A stretch of 41,826 nt of DNA from Minisyncoccota bacterium (GTDB taxonomy: Bacteria; Patescibacteriota; Minisyncoccia; Phycocordibacterales; JACOZG01). Below are positions 33,328-41,757 of the stretch, one piece after another; position 1 is the first letter of the stretch; each line of letters starts with the position of its first letter. A program made the position numbers and the translations under genes. Below the pieces are notes generated by a model. The model was not told the DNA's origin and ran no database searches. It worked only from the letters and a program-made list of their open reading frames with translations. The stretch spans positions 1 through 41,826 of the forward strand of contig DATDVJ010000037.1 of assembly GCA_036517595.1 (NCBI GenBank), given 5' to 3'.

Positions 33328-34323
33328 ATGTCACGACGGCTAATGAGCGCAGGTAGTGCGGGAAGTGACTTATTGTGGTTTGTGGCAATTATGACCACCC
33401 TCGGAATTATTTGGTACGCGACGGGTGGTCCGTCGCGTCCAGAAGCTTGGCAGGGGTTGTTTATTGAACCACCATCCCCGATCGGTACCGGCGAGATTTA
33501 TGGCGCCAGTCGCCCACCTCTGCCAGCACCGACGGTACCTATCACTCCGTTTTCATATCAATATCGAGCCACTAGTTTAACGGAACCACCGCTTGTCGCC
33601 CGTTCACCGTGGTATGACCAAGTAAGGATCGATAGCGGTAGTGGGCAATATGAGATTCAACCCAATCAGGAGTACATCACCCTTGAAGCCAATTACAATA
33701 ACTCTGCGCCAATCACGGTGACAGGTTGGTCACTTACCAACGGCAAGAGTCAACCGGACGGTGTGATTATCCCCTATGGCACCCGCCTCTTCATCGGTGA
33801 TTCAGCTAATCTACCAAACATGCCGATCATTTTGGCTCCCGAGGCGCGTCTCGTTTTGACAACTGGCCGGATGCCTAATTCTGATCCCTATGTGATCAAC
33901 GCTAACTTTTTGGTCAACAAATGCAGTGGTTATCTTGATGCTTTGCCTCAATATCGTTTTACCCCCGCGCTCTATAGCTCTTGCCCGGCGCCAATCAAGG
34001 AACCCGGCGTTGATGGTTTAGAAAACGACTGTTATAAATTTGTCTCTCGTTTATCTTCCTGTCACACGCCTAAAGTTGAGCGCAACGCCGACGGCTACGA
34101 GTTTATTGATCGGGTTTCGGGCTTGTCAAGTTACTGTCGCTCTTTCCTGGAAGAGCACTTTAATTACAATTCTTGTGTCAAGTGGCATGAGCAGGACACT
34201 GATTTTTACGGTGATGAGTGGCGCGCGTATCTTGGTCGGACTTGGGAGCTATGGTCCGAGAATCGCGAGACAATTACCCTTTACGACCAACAGGGTAAGA
34301 TTGTAGCCCAAGAAAATTATTGA
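33328..34323 (+). CDS. Membrane-anchored hypothetical protein with a lamin-tail-domain-like segment and a Cys-rich C-terminus
   Basis: TM helix LLWFVAIMTTLGIIWYA; EYITLEANYNNSAPITVTGWSLTNG (LTD-like); several conserved-looking Cys residues near the C-terminus. Confidence 0.5.
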   Translation: MSRRLMSAGSAGSDLLWFVAIMTTLGIIWYATGGPSRPEAWQGLFIEPPSPIGTGEIYGASRPPLPAPTVPITPFSYQYRATSLTEPPLVARSPWYDQVRIDSGSGQYEIQPNQEYITLEANYNNSAPITVTGWSLTNGKSQPDGVIIPYGTRLFIGDSANLPNMPIILAPEARLVLTTGRMPNSDPYVINANFLVNKCSGYLDALPQYRFTPALYSSCPAPIKEPGVDGLENDCYKFVSRLSSCHTPKVERNADGYEFIDRVSGLSSYCRSFLEEHFNYNSCVKWHEQDTDFYGDEWRAYLGRTWELWSENRETITLYDQQGKIVAQENY

Positions 34324-34350
34324 TTAAAAGTTTAAGGATTGAAACGAAAA

Positions 34351-35679
34351 ATGAAAAACAACAACTCAAAACTTAAAATTTTATATCTAGTATTACTGTT
34401 TTTGATTTTGAGTTTTGCATTTTACACTCCGGTCGCGGCGGCGGTCGGTCAACTTGTGTTTACCACTGAGCCGCGAGTGGTCGCCCCCGGGGCTATCTCC
34501 GACGTGCTTACGGTTCAGACTCAAGACAGTTCTGGGGCTGTGGCTAAGATGGAAGAGACTGGTGACGTTAGTTTTGTTTCCTCATCGCCGACGGGGGAGT
34601 TCGTGAATGTAAGCGGAGAGCCAGTCTCAACGACCATGAGTCGCAATTCGGCTAACCGTAATTTCTATTATCGTGATAGTACCGCGGGGATGCCAACCTT
34701 GACGGTGACAGTTACGGCTCGAACGGCTGGCACTGTTTGGTTGGCGACACAGACAATCACTGTTGGCGATGCTGGGCCACCACCCGGTGATGATGGGGGT
34801 GATATCCCGACTCCACCACTGGCCGCCACTGGCCCGAGCGGTTCGAGCGGCGGCGGTGCACTCTCGTCCCACTCGAGTCCTGCGCCCGTAAGCCAAGTGG
34901 TGCCAAGCGAACCATTTAAAGTCGGGGCCGGACGGCCGCGCCTCGGGAGTATTCATAGCCCAATCATTTTCCGAGCCGAGTCGTCCGGTATGATTGTGCC
35001 AAATATGCGGTATCAATGGTCATTCGGTGATGGCGGGAGCGCGGTGGGGGAAGAAGTTGGCCATGTTTATGATTTCTCCGGCGAGTACGTGGTGGTTCTC
35101 AACGCGAGGGGCGAGAACGGAGAAGTGGCCGTTAGCCGGACAACGGTTGTTATCGTCGAACCGCGAGTAATGATTAGTGCCCCGTCGGCTGATCGAGTGG
35201 AAGTCGTAAACCAATCGGATCGAGAACTTAATCTCGGCGGCTGGTATATTAGCCAAGGTCAAACAATTTTTTCTTTCCCGACCGATACAATTGTCGCGGC
35301 GAGTAAGAAGACAATCGTACCGGTCAATTACCTCGGTTTCTTGCCGACGACCAACCCATTGCTTACTCTAACTTTTCCCGATAATACTGTCGCGGTGACT
35401 AGTACTCCAGCGCCCAGTCGAGAGGAACTCAATGCCCTGTTATTCTCACTACGGGAACTCTCGATTGAAGTGGCGAGATTGCAGGCCGCTCGTCGTTCAA
35501 CTTTGGTTGAACCATCGATCGTGCGGATGGAAGTAGTCGAACCGGTAATGGCTGTGACCACAATCGTCAAACAATCACCGCCCACTACCTCGCCGCCTAT
35601 TTTCGCTTCGATGGCCACAATCCCAGTGCCGAAGTCCCCCGGTTTTTTCACCCGGATTAAGCAATGGTTCAGTAAGTGA
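34351..35679 (+). CDS. Secreted protein with PKD-like and lamin-tail-like domains
   Basis: Signal peptide ..TPVAAAV; YQWSFGDGGSAVGEEVGHVYDFSGEYVVVLNA (PKD-like); VEVVNQSDRELNLGGWYISQG (LTD-like). ATG 34351 is preferred over TTG 34339. Confidence 0.6.
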   Translation: MKNNNSKLKILYLVLLFLILSFAFYTPVAAAVGQLVFTTEPRVVAPGAISDVLTVQTQDSSGAVAKMEETGDVSFVSSSPTGEFVNVSGEPVSTTMSRNSANRNFYYRDSTAGMPTLTVTVTARTAGTVWLATQTITVGDAGPPPGDDGGDIPTPPLAATGPSGSSGGGALSSHSSPAPVSQVVPSEPFKVGAGRPRLGSIHSPIIFRAESSGMIVPNMRYQWSFGDGGSAVGEEVGHVYDFSGEYVVVLNARGENGEVAVSRTTVVIVEPRVMISAPSADRVEVVNQSDRELNLGGWYISQGQTIFSFPTDTIVAASKKTIVPVNYLGFLPTTNPLLTLTFPDNTVAVTSTPAPSREELNALLFSLRELSIEVARLQAARRSTLVEPSIVRMEVVEPVMAVTTIVKQSPPTTSPPIFASMATIPVPKSPGFFTRIKQWFSK

Positions 35680-35686
35680 TATCAGT

Positions 35687-35797
35687 ATGTGGCGACGTTA
35701 CTTCGATAAAACATTTTGGAAGATGGCCGCCGGCTTCGCGGTCATTATCGCCAGTGGGTTGGTCGGAGTGTATCTCATAAATTTTTTTGACAAATAA
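35687..35797 (+). CDS. Possible 36-aa membrane peptide
   Basis: MWRRYFDKTFWKMAAGFAVIIASGLVGVYLINFFDK*. Below the length cutoff of the ORF track, one TM helix. Its 3' end overlaps a TTGACA-17-TAGCAT promoter-like site upstream of rplJ. Confidence 0.3.
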   Translation: MWRRYFDKTFWKMAAGFAVIIASGLVGVYLINFFDK

Positions 35798-35888
35798 TGG
35801 CTGTTCCGGTAGCATGAACTCGAAGCCGAAAAAAACAGGCGACCATAAGTCCTGTTCAGGTCGATTTTTTTGTCATTAAATTAAAATT

Positions 35889-36395
35889 ATGCCAATTAGC
35901 AAACACAAGAAAGGTGAGATTATCAAAGAGATGGGAGGAAAGGTTGCTTCATCCGAAACAATCGTCTTTGTTAACTTTCATGGTTTAGCGGTGGCTCAAG
36001 CCACTGAATTGCGCCGGCAGTTGCGGGCTCGCGGAGTGGGGATTACTGTCATGAAAAAGAAATTAATTCCGCTAGCCTTTGAAGTTTCTGGTCGAGTGAT
36101 CACTGGAACTTGGCCAGCCTTAGATGGTGAGGTGGCCTTGACCTATCTTACTGCCCCTCAAGGTGATCCGATTGCTCCAGCCAAAGGAATTTACGAATTC
36201 CAGAAAACAATAAAAGATGGTTTGCGGATTTTGGGTGGTGTCTTCCAAAGCGCTTTCACGGAAGCTGAAGCGATGATGAGTATTGCCGCGATCCCGTCAC
36301 GAGAAGTACTTTACGCCCAACTCGCGAATTTATTTAATTCACCCCGCCAGCGTTTAGTTGTCGCGTTGGATCAGATTAGTAAAATTACAAGATAA
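35889..36395 (+). CDS. rplJ: 50S ribosomal protein L10
   Basis: [34 protein letters not shown]; sits upstream of rplL. Confidence 0.93.
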   Translation: MPISKHKKGEIIKEMGGKVASSETIVFVNFHGLAVAQATELRRQLRARGVGITVMKKKLIPLAFEVSGRVITGTWPALDGEVALTYLTAPQGDPIAPAKGIYEFQKTIKDGLRILGGVFQSAFTEAEAMMSIAAIPSREVLYAQLANLFNSPRQRLVVALDQISKITR

Positions 36396-36402
36396 AAAAG
36401 TT

Positions 36403-36804
36403 ATGGAAAACGAAGCACAAAAAACAATTATTGAAGTGCCAGCCAAGTTCAAAACGATTATCGACGCGATAGAAAAAATGAGCGTGCTCGATCTTAATGA
36501 ATTGGTGAAAGTATTTGAGACCAAGTTCGGCGTCTCGGCGCAAGCGGTCGCCGCTGCTCCCACCGCCGGTGCTGCTCCCGCCGCTGAAGAGAAAGACTCT
36601 TACATTGCCGAGCTTAAGGATGCCGGCACCCAGAAGATTGCGGTGATCAAAGTAGTCAAAGAAGTTCTTGGTCTCGGACTCAAAGAAGCAAAGGACTTAG
36701 TTGATGCCGCTCCGTCGGTGCTCAAAGAGGGTTTGAAGAAAGAAGAGGCCGATACGCTCAAGAAAAGAATCGAGGAAGCCGGGGGAAAAGTGGAGTTGAA
36801 GTAA
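36403..36804 (+). CDS. rplL: 50S ribosomal protein L7/L12
   Basis: [26 protein letters not shown], Ala/Pro hinge, and the C-terminal [37 protein letters not shown] 36403. Confidence 0.95.
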   Translation: MENEAQKTIIEVPAKFKTIIDAIEKMSVLDLNELVKVFETKFGVSAQAVAAAPTAGAAPAAEEKDSYIAELKDAGTQKIAVIKVVKEVLGLGLKEAKDLVDAAPSVLKEGLKKEEADTLKKRIEEAGGKVELK

Positions 36805-36806
36805 TA

Positions 36807-37337
36807 ATGGATCAACAAATCCCGCGCCGTTTGGTCGTTCCTCTCGATCATATTGATCAGGCAATCTTTTTGCTTCGGGGCCAAAAGATTATGCTTGATG
36901 CCGATTTAGCGAATCTTTACGGAGTCACTACCAAGCGTTTAAACGAGCAGGTTAAGCGTAATCGGGCTCGTTTCCCTGTTGATTTTATGTTTCAGTTGAC
37001 CAAAGGGGAAGCCGACATCTTGAGGTCGCAATTTGCGACTTCAAGCGAAAGACATGGTGGTCGGCGTACCTTACCATTTGCTTTCACTGAACACGGCGCT
37101 GTTATGCTCGCTAGCGTTCTAAACACGACCATCGCCGTACATGCCAGTATTCAAGTCGTTCGCGCTTTTGTCCGGTTACGTCGTCTGCTCGCTACAAATG
37201 TTAATTTGGCTCGCAAATTGGCTGAATTAGAAAATAAATACGATGCTAAATTTAAGGTTGTTTTCGAAGCGATTAGAAGATTAATGATCCCGCCGGAACC
37301 AAAACGCCAGCCAATTGGTTTTCGTACTAGACATTAG
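36807..37337 (+). CDS. ORF6N domain-containing protein (KilA-N/antirepressor-like)
   Basis: IFLLRGQKIMLDADLANLYGVTTKRLNEQVKRNRARFPVDFMFQLT..FAFTEHGAVMLASVLNT is the ORF6N pattern. Confidence 0.8.
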   Translation: MDQQIPRRLVVPLDHIDQAIFLLRGQKIMLDADLANLYGVTTKRLNEQVKRNRARFPVDFMFQLTKGEADILRSQFATSSERHGGRRTLPFAFTEHGAVMLASVLNTTIAVHASIQVVRAFVRLRRLLATNVNLARKLAELENKYDAKFKVVFEAIRRLMIPPEPKRQPIGFRTRH

Positions 37338-37370
37338 CTAGTGGGGTGATTTATTGGTAAGATTAATTTT

Positions 37371-37697
37371 ATGAGAAAAAGTAGATTAGCAATTGTGAGT
37401 TTCATTTTGTCACTCTTGCTGACATTTATACCTAGTTATTCAATACTTGGTATGGTAATTGTTTACGGCACCTTCAATTTGCCTTTTGGTTATGGATTTA
37501 TCAATATTGAACTGCTTACATTTGGGTTTGCAATCCTCGCCATTGTTTTAGGAATTATTGCTCTGATTAAAATAAAAAGGAACAATCTTGAGGGCAAATG
37601 GTTAGCTGTTACTGGTATTGTTGTTAGCGTTATCCTTATTGTGGTAGCTATGATTGTGTTTGTTTCTGGGATGTCTTACGGGATAGCAACTCCTTAA
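37371..37697 (+). CDS. Small multi-TM membrane protein (DUF4190-like)
   Basis: Three or four hydrophobic helices; GIIALIKIKRNNLEGKWLAVTGIVVSVIL. Confidence 0.55.
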   Translation: MRKSRLAIVSFILSLLLTFIPSYSILGMVIVYGTFNLPFGYGFINIELLTFGFAILAIVLGIIALIKIKRNNLEGKWLAVTGIVVSVILIVVAMIVFVSGMSYGIATP

Positions 37698-37723
37698 AAT
37701 GATCAGGAACTTTAATTTTTAAT

Positions 37724-38308
37724 ATGGAAATCTTGGCCAAATTATTTGGGAGTGGGGATAAGGTGAAAGTGATGAAATTGTTTGTTTTAAACCCTGATCT
37801 GGTGATCGAGGGAAAGGAGGTTGCTCACCGTTGTAAGCTAGTTCCCAGCTCGGCACGGCATGAATTACTGACTCTCAAGGCCATTGGCTTTATTAAACCG
37901 CAGAAGAGAGTGGAGAAGGGAAAGAAGACGATCGATGGCTGGCAATTGAATCCCGCTTTTCCCTATCTTGGGAACTTGAGAGGATTGCTAAAAACTGAAT
38001 TAGTGTTGCGGAAGTTGGAATTAACTGATCGTTTCAATTCAGCCGGCAAAGTTAAACTCCTTCTAATCGCTGGTATTTTTATCCAAGATAATGATAGTCG
38101 CGCTGACCTTGTACTGGTCGGTGATCGTCTCAAACGCAATGCCATCGAGCGAGCGGTCAAGGCGATGGAGGCCGAGATTGGCCGCGAACTCAATTATGCT
38201 GTTTTCGAGACCAGTGACTTCCTCTACCGCATGAGCGCTTATGATAAGTTTATCCGTGATCTGCTTGATTACCCGCATGAGAAAATAATTAATAAACTCG
38301 GTATCTGA
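37724..38308 (+). CDS. Hypothetical protein, probable winged-helix N-terminal domain plus a second domain
   Basis: The ORF is intact with a coding-like composition. KVMKLFVLNPDLVIEGKEVAHRCKLVPSSARHELLTLKAIGFI looks like a wHTH. No firm family call. Confidence 0.45.
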   Translation: MEILAKLFGSGDKVKVMKLFVLNPDLVIEGKEVAHRCKLVPSSARHELLTLKAIGFIKPQKRVEKGKKTIDGWQLNPAFPYLGNLRGLLKTELVLRKLELTDRFNSAGKVKLLLIAGIFIQDNDSRADLVLVGDRLKRNAIERAVKAMEAEIGRELNYAVFETSDFLYRMSAYDKFIRDLLDYPHEKIINKLGI

Positions 38309-38417
38309 TCTTTCTTGGTTATCCACATGGGTTACAAATTGATGAGAAATCGTGCTAAGATTACAGTGATTAGGTATTAAAAATTAAGGTCGTGTTTATT
38401 ATTTATTATCACTAATT

Positions 38418-39122
38418 ATGTTACTTAACACCTGGAATAATGTTCTCACTGACTCTTTCCAAAATCTTTGGGGGGGAGTGATCGCTTTCATTCCAAATCT
38501 TTTGGTTGCGATAATTATTTTTGTCCTCGGTTGGGTCGTTGGAATTGTTCTTGGACAATGGGTTTCCCGTCTGATCAAATCAATTCAGGTTGATAAAGCG
38601 CTGAAGAATGTCGGGGCGGAAGAAGTGCTTGGTAAAGCTGGGTTCCGACTCGATTCCGGCGCTTTTATTGGTGGTCTGGTCAAGTGGTTTGTGATTGTGG
38701 CTTTCCTTGTCGCGTCTTTCAATGTTCTTGGTTTGAGCCAAGTTAATGATTTTTTGGCCCAAGTCTTGAATTATCTTCCGCGGGTGATTATCGCTAGTTT
38801 GATCTTAATTCTCGCGGCGGCGATTGCTGATGTTCTGACGCGAGTGGTGACCGGTTCCGTGCGAGCGGCAGGGATTACTTCCTCGAATATTTTTGGCTCA
38901 ATTACCAAATGGGCAGTTTGGGTCTTCGCGATTTTTGCGGCGATTGATCAGTTGGGGGTCTTGAGTGCGGCCACGAATTCGTTAGTTGTCTCGCTTTTGG
39001 GTGGTGTCGTTAATATGCTCACTTTGGCTCTTGGCCTCGCCTTCGGCTTGGGTGGCAAAGAAGCGGCATCTCGCTATCTCGAACGCCTGCGCGAAGACAT
39101 GAAGAACCATCATCACCAGTAA
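38418..39122 (+). CDS. Membrane protein with conserved TM-helix repeats (small mechanosensitive-channel-related family)
   Basis: Four TM segments with repeating ..WGGVIAFIPNLLVAIIIFVLGW.. / ..WFVIVAFLVA.. / ..KWAVWVFAIFAAIDQLGV.. units. His-rich C-terminus. Confidence 0.55.
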   Translation: MLLNTWNNVLTDSFQNLWGGVIAFIPNLLVAIIIFVLGWVVGIVLGQWVSRLIKSIQVDKALKNVGAEEVLGKAGFRLDSGAFIGGLVKWFVIVAFLVASFNVLGLSQVNDFLAQVLNYLPRVIIASLILILAAAIADVLTRVVTGSVRAAGITSSNIFGSITKWAVWVFAIFAAIDQLGVLSAATNSLVVSLLGGVVNMLTLALGLAFGLGGKEAASRYLERLREDMKNHHHQ

Positions 39123-39227
39123 TTCTGGATTAGTTTTTAGGTTCTAGCTGTTAGCTTTCAGGAAGTGTCTCCCGTTTTAGGCGGGGGACACTTTGCGTAA
39201 GAAGATTAAGGGGGGTAAAATAGGGAT

Positions 39228-39515
39228 ATGGTTAAGAAATCAAATAGACGTGATCAATACCCGTCGTGCTTGAGGATATTAGATCCCAAAATAAGGTTTT
39301 TGGAGAGCAATTATCGGCGATTAGAGACCAAGTTGATAAAATAGATCAAAAATTAGATTTGCATACTGAAATGCTTAGAGGTCTCATAAATGAGAAGGGA
39401 CATCGTAATATTGAAGGATGATATGGTCGTAGTAAAATCTGATCTCCAAATCATCAAAACCGATGTCGAACCCCGCGTCGCCCATCTTGATGCCCGCAGT
39501 GCGAGTCGGGATTGA
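39228..39515 (+). pseudogene. Frameshifted small coiled-coil gene remnant
   Basis: The reading is split across three frames: MVKKSNRRDQYPSCLRILDPKIRFLE.. / ..EQLSAIRDQVDKIDQKLDLHTEMLRGLINEKG / RRDIVILKDDMVVVKSDLQIIKTDVEPRVAHLDARSASRD*. Its two ends recur without the middle at 41053-41118. Confidence 0.35.
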
Positions 39516-39599
39516 AAAATGTTTTATCCCCTTGACGGCAGTTTGGGAGGGTATTGAATTTTCTTTGCGCAAAATAAGTGGATAGTGTAATATAAATTC

Positions 39600-39860
39600 A
39601 TGATCCAAGATTATTTTGAGTCTTATTTGGGAAAAGCGCGGTATGAAATGATTGATGAGGAGAGTCGTTTTTACGCCGAAATCAAAGAACTTCGTGGCGT
39701 TTGGGCGGTCGGTCAAACACTCGAAGCGTGCCGCAACAATCTTATTTCTTCGCTCGAAGGCTGGTTTGTTTTTCGTCTACGAAAAAATTTACCAGTGCCA
39801 AATTTTAATCTTCCCAAAGTGAAATTTCTGACGAGGACTAGAGCAAAGGCGTATGCCTAA
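39600..39860 (+). CDS. hicB: HicB family antitoxin
   Basis: YEMIDEESRFYAEIKELRGVWAVGQTLEACRNNLISSLEGW fits the UPF0150/HicB N-terminal fold. Overlaps hicA by 8 nt. Confidence 0.75.
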   Translation: MIQDYFESYLGKARYEMIDEESRFYAEIKELRGVWAVGQTLEACRNNLISSLEGWFVFRLRKNLPVPNFNLPKVKFLTRTRAKAYA

Positions 39861-40074
39861 ACTGACCCCGATCTCGCAGAAAAAGTTTGTTGCTAAACTA
39901 ACCCGACTCGGATTCGCTAGCCCTTTCCAAGAAGGTCGGCATCCTTATATGATTCGCGGTTCCGTTGTGCTAACTGTTCCTAATCCTCACGATGGCGACA
40001 TCAGCGTAGATTTACTAATTCGCTTGCTTCGCCAAGCCGGTATCTCAAGGCAAGAGTGGTTGGGTAGAAAATAA
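39853..40074 (+). CDS. hicA: HicA family mRNA interferase toxin
   Basis: ISQKKFVAKLTRLGFASPFQEGRHPYM..VVLTVPNPHDGDISVDLLIRLLRQAGISRQEW. Confidence 0.8.
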   Translation: MPKLTPISQKKFVAKLTRLGFASPFQEGRHPYMIRGSVVLTVPNPHDGDISVDLLIRLLRQAGISRQEWLGRK

Positions 40075-40080
40075 AAAAAC

Positions 40081-40118
40081 GGTCTTAATTAACAAACGGT
40101 CGTACATTAATTAAGACC
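40081..40118 (+). terminator. Hairpin after hicA (possible terminator)
   Basis: GGTCTTAATTAA-(14 nt)-TTAATTAAGACC, preceded by an A run. There is no clear T tail on the plus strand. Confidence 0.35.
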
Positions 40119-40379
40119 AACTAATCATTGTGTCCCTAGCCCCACGGGTGAGGCTCGCACGGCGCGAGTCGGAATTAAAAATAAAAAATGTCTCTCCCTT
40201 ATATTTTTCTAGTTTTTCTATTCTTATTCATTAATAGCGATTTGGAGTGGTCGTCATCGTGGTGGTGGTTGGGGTGGTCATTGGCCGGGTGGTCTATCCG
40301 GCGGGCAGTAATCTTTTATCCCCTTGACGGCAGTTGGGGAGCAAGATATTTCATAACTGTACGGGCACATGTATTTGCC

Positions 40380-40757
40380 ATGGCCAGCCACATGGTGTAC
40401 CCTATTTCTATGATGAATATTCAAAGACCCAAAAATACTAAGGAGCGAGGAACAATAGAATGTTTAGTCTACAAAGAAAGCAACGCTTTCGTTGGTGTTT
40501 GTCTAACTTTTGATATTGTTGAGGAAGGCGATAATCCAACCGAGCTTATGAAAAGTGTCAGGGAAGCGGCGGAGCTTCATTTAGAAACTGTCATTAGGAA
40601 TAATCTGACTGATGAATTATTAAACCGATACGCCCCTGAAGAATATTGGCTAAAGTATTTTGCCACCGCTAAAAAAATTGAAAGACCATCACTAATAAAT
40701 ACCGATAGTCTCACTGTCTCTCCTTATTATCGTTCCTTAACGGCCCAGATGGCTTGA
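40380..40757 (+). CDS. HicB-like antitoxin (paralogue of 24081..24419)
   Basis: MASHMVYPISMMNIQRPKNTKERGTIECLVYKESNAFVGVCLTFDIVEEGDNPTELMKSVREAAELHLETV aligns from its Met with MHGKMVIMKYPNTLQKGKVRFIIFKE... The track start at 40188 adds a W-rich stretch that covers a repeated intergenic module. Confidence 0.6.
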   Translation: MASHMVYPISMMNIQRPKNTKERGTIECLVYKESNAFVGVCLTFDIVEEGDNPTELMKSVREAAELHLETVIRNNLTDELLNRYAPEEYWLKYFATAKKIERPSLINTDSLTVSPYYRSLTAQMA

Positions 40758-40758
40758 G

Positions 40759-40998
40759 ATGGCTAAGGGGTTATCTAATTGGGGTTACCAAGATGTTGCC
40801 GATTTCCTCAAGGAACACGGATTTGAATTTCTGGAATATCGCAAGGGTTCGCACGAGGCATGGCTTAATCGAGAGACTAACGCCGTGGTGGAAATAAATG
40901 TTCACACTTCGAAAAGTTTCGCGATCCGAACACTGGAAACGATGATTCGCCAGTCAAAAATTGATAAGAAAACATGGCGCGAATGGACCACGCGTTAG
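40759..40998 (+). CDS. HicA/YcfA-like toxin
   Basis: MAKGLSNWGYQDVADFLKEHGFEFLEYRKGSHEAW..INVHTSKSFAIRTLETMIRQSKI. GSH motif and size fit HicA. Confidence 0.6.
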   Translation: MAKGLSNWGYQDVADFLKEHGFEFLEYRKGSHEAWLNRETNAVVEINVHTSKSFAIRTLETMIRQSKIDKKTWREWTTR

Positions 40999-41000
40999 TA

Positions 41001-41023
41001 ACTTGGAAGTCCGACTTCCAAGT
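41001..41023. repeat. REP-like hairpin (class B variant): ACTTGGAAGT-ccg-ACTTCCAAGT
   Basis: 10-bp arms with a compensatory C:G to T:A change relative to the copies at 32568, 32784 and 33264. Starts 3 nt after the toxin stop codon. Confidence 0.85.
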
Positions 41024-41140
41024 GAGGGCTTTGCATAAATAGGCGAGGAGGAGTAAAATAGGGTTGTCGAACCGCGCGTCGTTTATCTTGAAGCCGGCAG
41101 TGCGAGTCGGGATTAAAAATTAATTTTCAAAATAAATAAT

Positions 41141-41693
41141 ATGAAAATAAATAATTTTTTTCTCCTAAGTTTGTTGGTGTTTACCTTTATATTCCACACC
41201 AATTACTATCCATGCTCAAACCCCTACTGCTGAACGGCTCATGGTGTTAATTGGTCAACTGCAAGCCCAATTGGCGATATTGCAGAAACAAGCACAACCA
41301 GTAATTACTCCGGCGACAGTTGTTAAATCCACTGTCTTAATTTTTGCCGATGAAACAACCTATCAACAACTCACGAGTGAAATTAACAGATTAGCAAAAG
41401 ATATTGAAAAAGATCTTGGCGCAAAAGTAGATATTAAACATGCAAATTACACCAGCCCCAGTGAGATCAGAAGTATCATTTTAGATTCTTACCAAAACAA
41501 AAAGGGTTTGCTGGGCTCAATCTTAATCGGCAATATCCCAACATTTTACAGAGAAGATCGTATGTTTTATACCGACTGGTATTACTCGGAGTTAAGTAAT
41601 CAATGTCCGTTGAGTGTTGATGGCGTATTTCCTAAAGATTTTAACTGTAGTACCGATGATGCGATAGCACGAAGAGATGTTTTTGTACTTTGA
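41141..41693 (+). pseudogene. Secreted peptidase-C25-like protein, apparently frameshifted near the signal peptide and truncated
   Basis: ATG 41141 gives MKINNFFLLSLLVFTFIF.. and then a stop. The adjacent frame continues ..TPITIHAQTPTAERLMVLIGQLQAQLAILQKQ.., which has the same architecture as the 18245 and 30288 N-termini. LLGSILIGNIPTF..DWYYSEL..RRDVFV resembles the start of a gingipain-type domain, but the ORF stops at 41693. Confidence 0.4.
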
Positions 41694-41739
41694 ATTACGA
41701 AACTCCCACTTCCCATCGTTTCTATGTTAAAATACAAAA

Positions 41740-41757
41740 GGTTGCCAAGAGGCAACC
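41740..41757. terminator. Hairpin GGTTGCC-aaga-GGCAACC
   Basis: 7-bp stem. The T-rich tail is on the minus strand (CTTTTGTATTTT), so it more likely terminates a minus-strand gene that enters from the right edge of the window. Confidence 0.4.

Noticed and set aside
40188-40379. 64-aa W/F-rich N-terminal extension of the HicB-like ORF.
   Set aside because: The extension spans the repeated intergenic 22-mer shared with the 39522 region. It is low-complexity, and the paralogue alignment begins at Met 40380.
39168-41120. Integron-like cassette array (attC sites) around the TA genes.
   Set aside because: There is no integrase and no recognisable R''/R' (RYYYAAC..GTTRRRY) core pairs. The repeated blocks look more like promoter and gene-remnant modules.
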